Source of the DNA: Acidilobaceae archaeon
GTDB taxonomy: Archaea > Thermoproteota > Thermoprotei_A > Sulfolobales > Acidilobaceae
DNA: 64,000 bases
Assembly (NCBI GenBank): GCA_026413755.1
Contig: JAOAKH010000007.1
Location: 1,403 to 65,402, forward strand
Direction of reading: 5' to 3'
Each line of letters starts with the position of its first letter. The first letter of the stretch is position 1. Both the position numbers and the translations under genes were made by a program. This document shows positions 34,458 through 42,129 of this stretch, piece by piece. Below the pieces are notes generated by a model. The model ran no database searches and was not told where the DNA came from. It saw only the letters and a list, made by a program, of their open reading frames with translations.

Positions 34458-34480
34458 GCTGAGGTATGCAGAAGTAGGGC

Positions 34481-34487
34481 TAATAAA
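34481..34487 (-). promoter_or_regulatory. TATA box for tRNA-Ala
   Basis: The minus strand reads TTTATTA, about 24 nt upstream of the tRNA 5' end. Confidence 0.45.
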
Positions 34488-34527
34488 CGTAATTAGCCCT
34501 GAAGGCCCTCTCTTCTCGGCGATCTCC

Positions 34528-35292
34528 ATGCATACCCTCCTGAAGAAGGCCCTCAGCGGCTCCCCAGTCCTGGGTACCTGGGTCACCGTGGCGAGCCCAG
34601 ACGTGGCAGAGGCCCTCAGCCTCGTGCCTCTTGACTTCGTTGTGATAGACCTGGAGCACTCCCCTATTGGCTACCGGGAGGCGGAGCACATGCTCATAGC
34701 CCTAAAGGGGAGCACGGCCGGGATCGTCAGGGTGCCCTGGAACTCGCACGTGGAGATAAAGAGGGCTCTGGACATTGGGGCCCACGGCATCCTGGTGCCC
34801 TGGGTTAACAGCGGCGAGGAGGCAAGGCAAGTGGAGAGAGCGGTCCTATACCCGCCGAGGGGCATAAGGGGAGTGGGGCCTCGCAGGGCCTCCTTCTACG
34901 GCACAGTGCCGCTCAGGGAGTACTACGAGAAGTACTTGGAGGACCTGATAGTGATGGTTCAGGTGGAGACTAGGGAGGCGATCAAGAACCTCGAGGAGAT
35001 CTTGGCAGTGGAGACAATAAGCGGGATCCTCGTGGGCCCAAACGATCTGTCTGCCTCCCTGGGGATCTACGGCCAATACGAGAGGCCCGAGTTCCTCGAG
35101 GCGCTCAGGAGCGTGGCAGAGAGGGCAAGGGGCAGGAAGCCGCTGCTGGCCTTCTTTGCCCCCACGCCCTCGATGGCGCTCATGGCCTACAAGATGGGCT
35201 ACAACATGATTTCCTTCAGCGCAGACATATTCGTGCTAGTGGAGGCCTATAGGCAGCTCCTGGCAGATTTCCAGAGGGCTGCGGCGAGATGA
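34528..35292 (+). CDS. HpcH/HpaI-family aldolase (2-keto-3-deoxy-acid aldolase-like)
   Basis: GTWVTVASPDVAEALSLVPLDFVVIDLEHSP, then VRVPWN...ALDIGAHGILVPWV, then VQVETREAI..GPNDLS. All are typical of class II HpcH aldolases. Confidence 0.8.
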   Translation: MHTLLKKALSGSPVLGTWVTVASPDVAEALSLVPLDFVVIDLEHSPIGYREAEHMLIALKGSTAGIVRVPWNSHVEIKRALDIGAHGILVPWVNSGEEARQVERAVLYPPRGIRGVGPRRASFYGTVPLREYYEKYLEDLIVMVQVETREAIKNLEEILAVETISGILVGPNDLSASLGIYGQYERPEFLEALRSVAERARGRKPLLAFFAPTPSMALMAYKMGYNMISFSADIFVLVEAYRQLLADFQRAAAR

Positions 35293-36446
35293 GGGTAGTG
35301 GGCATAGACCCGGGCACGAAGAGCTTTGACCTCGTGGCGCTCGAGGGGGGCAAGGTAGTCTGGGAGGAGAGCATAGAGACCTCTAGGCTCGTGGGGAGCC
35401 CCGAGCTGCTGCTGGAGGCGGCGCGAAGGGCTAGGCCTACTCACGTAATAGCCCCCTCGGGCTACGGCGTGCCGCTTACGAGGGGCTCCGAGGTAAGGGA
35501 CGTCAAGAGGTTTGCCCTAGAGGTGCTGCTCCTCAGCAACGAGGAGCAAATCAGGGCGGGAGAGGAGGCAGGCCTGGCGGGAGTTCACGTATACCGCGGC
35601 CTGGCTCTAGTTGCGGAGGAGCTCGTGAGCAGGATGGGCGACAGGGTGCTCTTCTTGCCTGCAGTGATCCACCTACCTACAGTGCCTTGGTACAGGAAGC
35701 TGAACAAGATGGACATGGGCACAGTGGACAAGCTCGCGGCAGCTTTTGCTGCAACGCACTTCGTAGCAGAGAGGGAGGCAGCAGACTACAGTAACGTGGA
35801 CCTCGTTACTATAGAGCTAGGCTATGGGTACGTGGGCAGCATAGCCGTAGAGGGAGGAAAGGTGGTGGACGGCGTGGGGGGCAGCTACGCCTCTGTGGGG
35901 CTAGTAACTGCGGGCGCGCTGGACCTGGAGGTGGTCGGCGCGGCAGGCAGCTGGGCTAGGTGGGACGTCTGGAGCGGGGGCCTATACGAGCTCTCGCCTC
36001 AGAAAGACATGGAGCTGATAGCAAAGGAGGCCTCCCAGGGGGACAGGCTAGCAGAGGCCTTGCTTAACGCCTACGTGGAGGGGGCGGCAAAGGACGCAGC
36101 CAGGGCCCTCCTCTCAAGCCCTCGCTCTAGGCTTGTGGTAGCTTCTGGGAGGTTCTCTAAGAACGCTGAGATCATCAGCAGGGTAAGGGAGAGGCTTAGG
36201 GAAGTTGAAGTCGTCCCCCTCTCCTCCCTCCTCCCCAGCAACGTGAAGGAGGCGGCCTTCGGTTACGCTGCTATGGGAGAGGGCGCTCTCGGTGGGGTCT
36301 TCGCGGAGCTCGCAGGTCAGATGAGGATCGCTGAGGCCTGCGGCACAGCCGCTGACTACATAGTTCACCCGCGAGCTCTTGGCGTTAAGAAGGCAGTGCA
36401 GAAAGCTTATGCGGAGAGCGTCGCGAGACCGAGGTTCTGCTCATAG
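35289..36446 (+). CDS. ASKHA-fold (actin/sugar kinase/Hsp70-like) ATPase, DUF1464-like
   Basis: Phosphate-1 motif MRVVGIDPGTKSFDLV. About 385 aa. ATGA overlap with the aldolase stop. Confidence 0.6.
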   Translation: MRVVGIDPGTKSFDLVALEGGKVVWEESIETSRLVGSPELLLEAARRARPTHVIAPSGYGVPLTRGSEVRDVKRFALEVLLLSNEEQIRAGEEAGLAGVHVYRGLALVAEELVSRMGDRVLFLPAVIHLPTVPWYRKLNKMDMGTVDKLAAAFAATHFVAEREAADYSNVDLVTIELGYGYVGSIAVEGGKVVDGVGGSYASVGLVTAGALDLEVVGAAGSWARWDVWSGGLYELSPQKDMELIAKEASQGDRLAEALLNAYVEGAAKDAARALLSSPRSRLVVASGRFSKNAEIISRVRERLREVEVVPLSSLLPSNVKEAAFGYAAMGEGALGGVFAELAGQMRIAEACGTAADYIVHPRALGVKKAVQKAYAESVARPRFCS

Positions 36447-36823
36447 GTCGGAGAGGCTCCTCACCACATTTATCCGCGGGGTTATGATGTAGACGCTAGC
36501 AGGAACTGTTAGGTAGAAAAGGAGAGCATGAGCAGCGGTGAGAGGAGAGCTCCTGCTGCGGGCTTTGGAGAGATGTAAAGGGATAAAGGAGGCTCCTGGC
36601 AAAGCCGTCCGCAAGGAGCCAGCCCATGAGCAGAGCGATGGGGAGGGAGGCAAGGGTAGCAAGGTGCCGCCAGAGGCCTTGTAGAGCTCATAGGTCGCTC
36701 TACCATAGTTTAGCGTAGGGAGGTGGAGCCGATCGCTGCCACGAGGGTTATCAGGATCATAGCAAGCGTTTCTAGCCTCCTCCCTAGCAATATCCTGAGG
36801 GAGGACCTGAGGGGGGAGCTCAT
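36441..36823 (-). pseudogene. decayed FtsX-family ABC permease remnant
   Basis: ATG 36823 overlaps the ABC ATPase stop (ATGA). It encodes MSSPLRSSLRILLGRRLETLAMILITLVAAIGSTSLR and then TAA at 36712-36710, mirroring the N-terminus MSLLLKSALRSVLCGRLESVTVAFVVMITVIGVSSLN of the 804-aa permease. Another frame ends ...YIITPRINVVRSLSDL, which resembles that permease's C-terminus WIVTRRVDVVRSVSEI. The pieces lie in different frames and the region is only ~380 nt long. Confidence 0.5.
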
Positions 36824-37551
36824 CTTGCCCTCCCCGAGCGCTCCTCCCCAGCAACTTGGCCGTCCACCAGCCTCACCCTCCTCTCTGCAAAGGAGGCAAG
36901 CTCGGGGTCGTGGGTGGTGAAGATCACTGTCTTGCCCTGCTCGTTCACCTTCATCAGCAGCTCCATCACCTTCAGCTTGTTCTCCCTGTCTAGGAAGGCG
37001 GTGGGCTCATCTGCCACTATGAGCTTAGGGTCCATGGCCATGGCCCTCGCTATGGCGACCCTCTGCTGCTCGCCCCCAGAGAGCTCGAAGGGGAACCTGC
37101 TCGCCTTGTCCCTTAGCCCCACGAACTCCAGGAGCTCCAGCGCCCTACTCCTCCTGTCCCCTCTAGTCCCTGCGAGCTCCATGGAGAACATGACGTTCTC
37201 TAGGGCGTTCAGCGTTGGGATCAGGTGGAAGAACTGGAATATAACCCCCACGTTCCTCCTCCGCCAAGCGCTCCTCTGGCCTTCGTTTAGCTCCGACACA
37301 ACAGTCCCGTCTACCTCCACCCTTCCCCTCGTGGGGACGTCGAGGGCAGAGATGAGGTAGGTAAGGGTGCTCTTCCCCGAGCCGCTGGGGCCTGTTATGG
37401 CCACGAACTCTCCTGCCTTTACCTCGAGGCTCACCCCCCGGAGCGCCAGGGTCCTCGTGGCGCCGATCACGTACTCTTTCCAGACATCTATAACCCGGAC
37501 AGACATGGGATTACCCTGCCGGCTTGAGTCCAGCACGAAAATATATTCCAT
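36820..37551 (-). CDS. ABC transporter ATP-binding protein (MacB/LolD-type)
   Basis: Walker A GPSGSGKST, signature LSGGEQQRVAIARA and Walker B LIVADEPT. The likely start is MSVRVIDVWKEY at 37506. Confidence 0.9.
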   Translation of the reverse strand: MEYIFVLDSSRQGNPMSVRVIDVWKEYVIGATRTLALRGVSLEVKAGEFVAITGPSGSGKSTLTYLISALDVPTRGRVEVDGTVVSELNEGQRSAWRRRNVGVIFQFFHLIPTLNALENVMFSMELAGTRGDRRSRALELLEFVGLRDKASRFPFELSGGEQQRVAIARAMAMDPKLIVADEPTAFLDRENKLKVMELLMKVNEQGKTVIFTTHDPELASFAERRVRLVDGQVAGEERSGRAR

Positions 37552-37554
37552 AGC

Positions 37555-39969
37555 TTATATTTCCGAGACGCTCCTAACCACGTCCACCCTTCTCGTTACT
37601 ATCCAAGTTACGAAGAACAGCGTGAGGTAGAGAGAAGCAAGCGCTAGCAAAGAGAGGGGGTTGAAGACGGCCTCTATGCCTACCTTCGGCTCCACGTAAG
37701 GGACAAAGGTGGCAACCCCCCTCGCCAGCCTCTCCCCTACTATGTAGCCAATGAAGAAGGCAAGGGGGAGGGAGAGGAGGGTGGCAACGATAGCCTGAAG
37801 GAGGGAGATGAGGGAGAAGTCTAGCGCCCTCATGCCTATGGCCTTCAGGACCGCTATCTCCCTCACTCTCGCCAGCACGTCCCCAACTATAACAGAGCCC
37901 ACCACGACCACGGAGACGAGGAGGAGCACGAGGAGAATAGAGTACAATGCCCCCCTCACGAGGCCGGTAGTGGACCTAAGGGAGCGAGCTAGAGCTTCCC
38001 TGTCCTCTGCCTCGACTTGGATGGAGAGCATTGACTCTAGCCTCCTCACTAAATCTTTCCCATCATCTCCATCTCTCAGAGCCATAGCTGCCGCGAGCCC
38101 CCCGTAGCCCGAGGGGCGGGAGGCGCCGGCTATCTCTATGAACTGATCGGCAGAGACGAGGACGTAAGAGCCTGCTAGATGTAACGCCCTCGAGACGCCC
38201 ACTACCTTCAGCTCATGAACCCTGCCAAGCCCGTCCCTGAACTTAAGGACATCCCCGATCTTTAGCCCCTTGAGCCTTGCTAGGTTCTGAGACACTACTG
38301 CCTCCTTCATCGAGGGATACCTCCCCTCTATCAACGGGAACTCCACTGTGGGGTCGCCCCTCGCCGAGGCGACGAGGGACACGAAGCCTAGCCCCTCCAC
38401 GGCTCCCGAAAACGTCCTCAGGTAAGTTATGTGGTACCTCTCAGCCCCAAGCTTTAGCTCCTCCTCCAGCAAGTCCACCACCCTCGAGCTCGGCTCCAGC
38501 GCGTTGACGTATACGTAGAGATCCATTGGGTTGTACGAGCTGTCGCGGGCCCTTTCCGAGACCTCCTCAGCCCCGCTCGCTACCATGGCAGATGCTATGC
38601 TAAGCCCCAGCAGTGAGCTGAGGACGAGCACTAGCGCTGCTACCTTCCAGAACCTTGCTGCCGCGTCGCGCAGGAAGTAGGTGAGCTTGAGGCCTACCTC
38701 TAGAGACGGGATCACCCGCGCGCTCCTCCCCGCATATAGGCCTGAAAACGTTATGGCCTCGAGGGGCTGCACCCTTAGCGCCAGGAAGAAGGGCACTAGG
38801 GAGCCCAGGGAGAGCAGGAGGGCGGTGAGGAGGGCATAGAGAGCGATCACCTCTGGATAGACGGCGAAGCCATAGATCTCATAGAGCGCCTTGCCGAGCT
38901 CGTCGTCCCCTATTGCCCTAACGTACACTTCCCTTGCCGCAAAGGGCGTCAGCAGAGCCCCTAACGCGAGCCCAAGAGATCCCCTCACGAGCCAGGGGAG
39001 CGAGTACTGCTGGAACAGCTCCAGAGGGCCCGCGCCGAGGGCCTTCATGACGCCTATGAGCTTGAAGTCCCTAGCAACGAAGGCGGAGCCAACGCTTGCG
39101 GAAATTAGGGGGACTGAGATCAGGAGCAAGATGATGGGGAGGGAGAAGAGGGTCGTCACTCCCTCCACTATTCTCACAACGGCGTTTTCCTCCTTCGTGT
39201 TTACGAAGTACCAGCTGGGCGGGGAGCCCCTCTCCTCTAATAACTTTAGCGCCTCTGCAGCCGTGCTCCTTGGGTCGCCGGCGGAGGAGAGGGAGAGGTA
39301 GGTTATGCTCTCTCCCAGCGCCTCCCTCAGGAGATCCTCGTGAACCACCAGCACCTGACCTGATCTACCTATGTGATTGAAGCCCTTTGCCGTCCCTACG
39401 ATCCTAAGCTCGTAGTGCCTGAGGCCCCCCCTCGCATAGTCGTACAGAACTAAGCTAACCCTCTCGCTGGGCTTCACTTGTTCTGCGCTTGGAGCTCGAA
39501 GAGCCGTGTACAGCACGGCTTCCTCTCTCGCGGAGGGCAGAGCCCCCTCGAGCACGTAAAGCCTGAAGGCCCTCTCGAAGCTCTGGTGGCCCATGACGGT
39601 GACGAGGACCAGCTCTCCGTTTTGCCTAACTGCCCCAAAGGTGACCCTAAGAACTCGCGCCTCCTTAACGCTGGGGAGAGAGCTTAGATCCTTCACTGCG
39701 TCGGGAGCAAATTCGCCTATGAGCAGCACGTCCCCCGTTACAGAGAGCGTGAGCGAGTAGACTGATTGAGAGAAGTTTTCTCGAGCAAGGTTAAGGGAAG
39801 AAACCCCTATCACCGTAATCATTACTACGAACGCCACCGTAACGCTCTCGAGCCGCCCGCAAAGGACTGATCTTAAGGCTGACTTCAAGAGCAGGCTCAT
39901 GGCCCCCCATCCTCCCTCACGTGAAGACTTTTCACTGTTACATATAGGGGCTAGGCGGGCGATGAACAA
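37555..39969 (-). CDS. ABC transporter permease with two FtsX domains (MacB-like)
   Basis: Two repeats, each an extracytoplasmic domain plus the FtsX 4-TM signature (KALGAGPLELF.., LKAIGMRALDF..). The likely start is MSLLLKSALRSV at 39900. Confidence 0.85.
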   Translation of the reverse strand: MFIARLAPICNSEKSSREGGWGAMSLLLKSALRSVLCGRLESVTVAFVVMITVIGVSSLNLARENFSQSVYSLTLSVTGDVLLIGEFAPDAVKDLSSLPSVKEARVLRVTFGAVRQNGELVLVTVMGHQSFERAFRLYVLEGALPSAREEAVLYTALRAPSAEQVKPSERVSLVLYDYARGGLRHYELRIVGTAKGFNHIGRSGQVLVVHEDLLREALGESITYLSLSSAGDPRSTAAEALKLLEERGSPPSWYFVNTKEENAVVRIVEGVTTLFSLPIILLLISVPLISASVGSAFVARDFKLIGVMKALGAGPLELFQQYSLPWLVRGSLGLALGALLTPFAAREVYVRAIGDDELGKALYEIYGFAVYPEVIALYALLTALLLSLGSLVPFFLALRVQPLEAITFSGLYAGRSARVIPSLEVGLKLTYFLRDAAARFWKVAALVLVLSSLLGLSIASAMVASGAEEVSERARDSSYNPMDLYVYVNALEPSSRVVDLLEEELKLGAERYHITYLRTFSGAVEGLGFVSLVASARGDPTVEFPLIEGRYPSMKEAVVSQNLARLKGLKIGDVLKFRDGLGRVHELKVVGVSRALHLAGSYVLVSADQFIEIAGASRPSGYGGLAAAMALRDGDDGKDLVRRLESMLSIQVEAEDREALARSLRSTTGLVRGALYSILLVLLLVSVVVVGSVIVGDVLARVREIAVLKAIGMRALDFSLISLLQAIVATLLSLPLAFFIGYIVGERLARGVATFVPYVEPKVGIEAVFNPLSLLALASLYLTLFFVTWIVTRRVDVVRSVSEI

Positions 39970-40013
39970 AGGGATGTGGAGGCACGAGCGGGCCGAAGGG
40001 TGAGGACTAGTGC

Positions 40014-40673
40014 CTACCGAACTCTCAATACTCTGAGGGCGAGAAGCATGAGCAGCAGGAGCAATGCTAGAGCTACAAGTTCTATAGGCACTCCGCCGGC
40101 GGCGCTCTCATCACTAGGCGTTAGCCTCACATAGAGCCTCCAGGCGGCGGGGTTGAACTCGTTCTCGTGATCCCAAACTGTGGCATAGCCCATCTCTACG
40201 AGGAAGGCGTTCACGTTTAGGTAATGAGTGGCGTTGTGCTGCAAGAGCACCACTGCCACGATCCTGTTGTACCTATCTGTAACCTTCACGTCGTCCACGT
40301 CAAGCAAGACCTCCTTCCCCGCCAGCATCGAAGCAAGGAACTCCTTACTCTTCTGGCCTTCTGGCGTTGATAGCTCAGGGGCGTTGATGTCTGCGAGCCT
40401 CACTTTTCTCGTCCCTATGAGGTCCCTGTACCTGTCCTTCCTCACCTCTAAGATCTCCACCTCTATAGTGTCGCCGTCCACCACCTTTGTCGTCCTTGCT
40501 ACTACCTCGGAGGCTTCGACTATCTGCGCTGTGGATAGTAGTACTGCTATTGCGAGAACTATTACAAACCATTCCCATCGTAAGGGTAGAAAATAATAAG
40601 CTCTCCCGCTTATGAAACTGCGGCGAGACGCCTTGGCATCTGAGAGAGGATTGCTTGTAGTTGGAGCCCTCAT
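40014..40673 (-). CDS. thermonuclease (staphylococcal nuclease homologue), secreted and C-terminally anchored; start uncertain
   Basis: SNase motifs VVDGDTIEVE, VRLADINAPE and NAFLVEMGYA. Signal-like WFVIVLAIAVLLSTAQIVEA. C-terminal TM. The only canonical in-frame start upstream of the signal peptide is ATG 40673, which overlaps the divergent TAXI gene. Confidence 0.7.
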   Translation of the reverse strand: MRAPTTSNPLSDAKASRRSFISGRAYYFLPLRWEWFVIVLAIAVLLSTAQIVEASEVVARTTKVVDGDTIEVEILEVRKDRYRDLIGTRKVRLADINAPELSTPEGQKSKEFLASMLAGKEVLLDVDDVKVTDRYNRIVAVVLLQHNATHYLNVNAFLVEMGYATVWDHENEFNPAAWRLYVRLTPSDESAAGGVPIELVALALLLLLMLLALRVLRVR

Positions 40674-41727
40674 TGTGCTAGCTCTGTTGGCAGTGGGAGC
40701 ACTCTTCTTTCTGTCACAGCCACCTGCCCCAGCCCCTGCGCCGGCTCCCGAAGTAGCGCCAACCCCCGCTCCTGCTCCAGCAGAGACTCCCACGCCAACC
40801 CCCGCTCCTGCTCCAACTCCCGCCGCACCCTTTGAGGTAAAGATCTTTACTGGGGGCACGGGAGGCGTCTACTTCCCCCTCGGCACAAAGCTGGCAGACA
40901 TGCTGAACAAGTACTCAAAGGGAGCCATCAAGGCCTCTGCATCCACCAGCGGCGCTAGCGTCGCTAACGTGAGGGCTCTTGCTGCAGGCGACGCTAACCT
41001 CATCTTTGTGCAGAACGACATAGCTTACTACGGCTTCCAGGGCATCTACATGTTCGAGCGCCAGGCAGTGGACAAGCTGAGAGGGGTAGCAGTGCTCTAC
41101 CCAGAGATCATTCAGATCGTTGCGAGGGCTGACAGGGGCATAAGGACGCTCTCCGACCTCGCTGGCAAGATCGTTGCTATAGGGCCTGTTGGGAGCGGCA
41201 CTGCCGTGGAGGCAGAGCTGATACTAAGGGCCGCAGGCCTTTGGGGTAGGGTGAAGGTAGAGTACAGGGGCTTTGCTGAAGCTGCCGACGCCATAGCGCT
41301 GGGACAGATCGACGCCGCCTTCATAGTCGCGGGGATCCCCACTGCTGCCGTCCAAACCCTTGCGGCTAAGACGCCTATAACTCTGGTGGCCGTCCCAGAG
41401 GAGGTGGTTAATGAGCTAAGGAGGCAGGGATATCAGTTCTTCATGAGGTTTACCGTGCCTAGGGGGACTTACGGTATAGCAAGCGACGTTCCTACCGTGG
41501 CAGTGCTTGCCATGTTAGCTGTTAGTGCCGACGTGCCTGATAGCGTAGTGTACAGCATTCTAGACATCATGTTCACCCACATAGACGAGCTCAGGCAAGC
41601 GCATGCTAGGGCTGCCGACATATCGCTCGCGAGGGCTCTGGAGGGCATGCCGATACCCCTGCACCCCGGCGCCGTCAAGTTCTACCGCGACAAGGGCATA
41701 ACCGTTCCTCCACACCTCATCCCATGA
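40612..41727 (+). CDS. TAXI-family TRAP transporter solute-binding protein (membrane-anchored by N-terminal TM plus Pro/Ala/Thr linker)
   Basis: IFTGGTGGVYFPLGTKLADML, IFVQNDIAYY and LHPGAVKFYRDKG are TAXI hallmarks. The N-terminal anchor is LLVVGALIVLALLAVGALFF, followed by a PAPAPAPAPEVAPTPAPAPAETPTPTPAPAPTP linker. Confidence 0.85.
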   Translation: MKLRRDALASERGLLVVGALIVLALLAVGALFFLSQPPAPAPAPAPEVAPTPAPAPAETPTPTPAPAPTPAAPFEVKIFTGGTGGVYFPLGTKLADMLNKYSKGAIKASASTSGASVANVRALAAGDANLIFVQNDIAYYGFQGIYMFERQAVDKLRGVAVLYPEIIQIVARADRGIRTLSDLAGKIVAIGPVGSGTAVEAELILRAAGLWGRVKVEYRGFAEAADAIALGQIDAAFIVAGIPTAAVQTLAAKTPITLVAVPEEVVNELRRQGYQFFMRFTVPRGTYGIASDVPTVAVLAMLAVSADVPDSVVYSILDIMFTHIDELRQAHARAADISLARALEGMPIPLHPGAVKFYRDKGITVPPHLIP

Positions 41728-42125
41728 CGCCCCTCCTTTTTCTTCTGTTGCCTCTCCTAGAAGTTGTCGCAGGGAGCAGCTCCTACTACTTCTTTCTCCC
41801 TGCACAGATCGAGATCTCTTACATCCATAGCGTGGAGGGATATGCAGTGAGAGAGGTCATAGAGGCCTCTCCCCTCTGCCTTAGGCTAAGGGAGGCGCCC
41901 GTTGCTTACGGCGCTGGCTCCTCCTCCTCTCTGGCGGACGCAAAGCGGCTACGGGCGCAGCCCTGCCTTGGGAGGGAGCTCGTAGTAGACCTGAGGCACG
42001 CAGTGAAGCCGCGCTTAGAGGTGAAGGGCAGAGAAATACCGTCTGCGGAGGCTAGGCTTAGGGTAGTGTGGATTCCGCTGTGGGAAATACTTTTTAGGGT
42101 GTATAAGGGGGAAGTGGTAGGCTGA
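41724..42125 (+). CDS. DUF1850-domain protein (TAXI-TRAP-associated)
   Basis: Small protein with an N-terminal hydrophobic segment and the IEISYIHSVEG motif. It sits between the TAXI receptor and the fused permease, as is usual for DUF1850. 4-nt overlap with the upstream stop. Confidence 0.6.
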   Translation: MTPLLFLLLPLLEVVAGSSSYYFFLPAQIEISYIHSVEGYAVREVIEASPLCLRLREAPVAYGAGSSSSLADAKRLRAQPCLGRELVVDLRHAVKPRLEVKGREIPSAEARLRVVWIPLWEILFRVYKGEVVG

Positions 42126-42129
42126 GGAG

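Noticed and set aside
36441-36854. 137-aa minus-strand ORF as a real protein.
   Set aside because: Its N-terminal part overlaps the ABC ATPase 3' end. Only its last residues look like an FtsX tail. It is better explained as one frame of a decayed permease (see the pseudogene call).
40690-40840. Repetitive GCNCCN stretch that looked like a tandem repeat or array.
   Set aside because: It is the in-frame Pro/Ala/Thr linker of the TAXI binding protein (PAPAPAPAPEVAPTPAPAPAETPTPTPAPAPTP). It is not a CRISPR array or a non-coding repeat.
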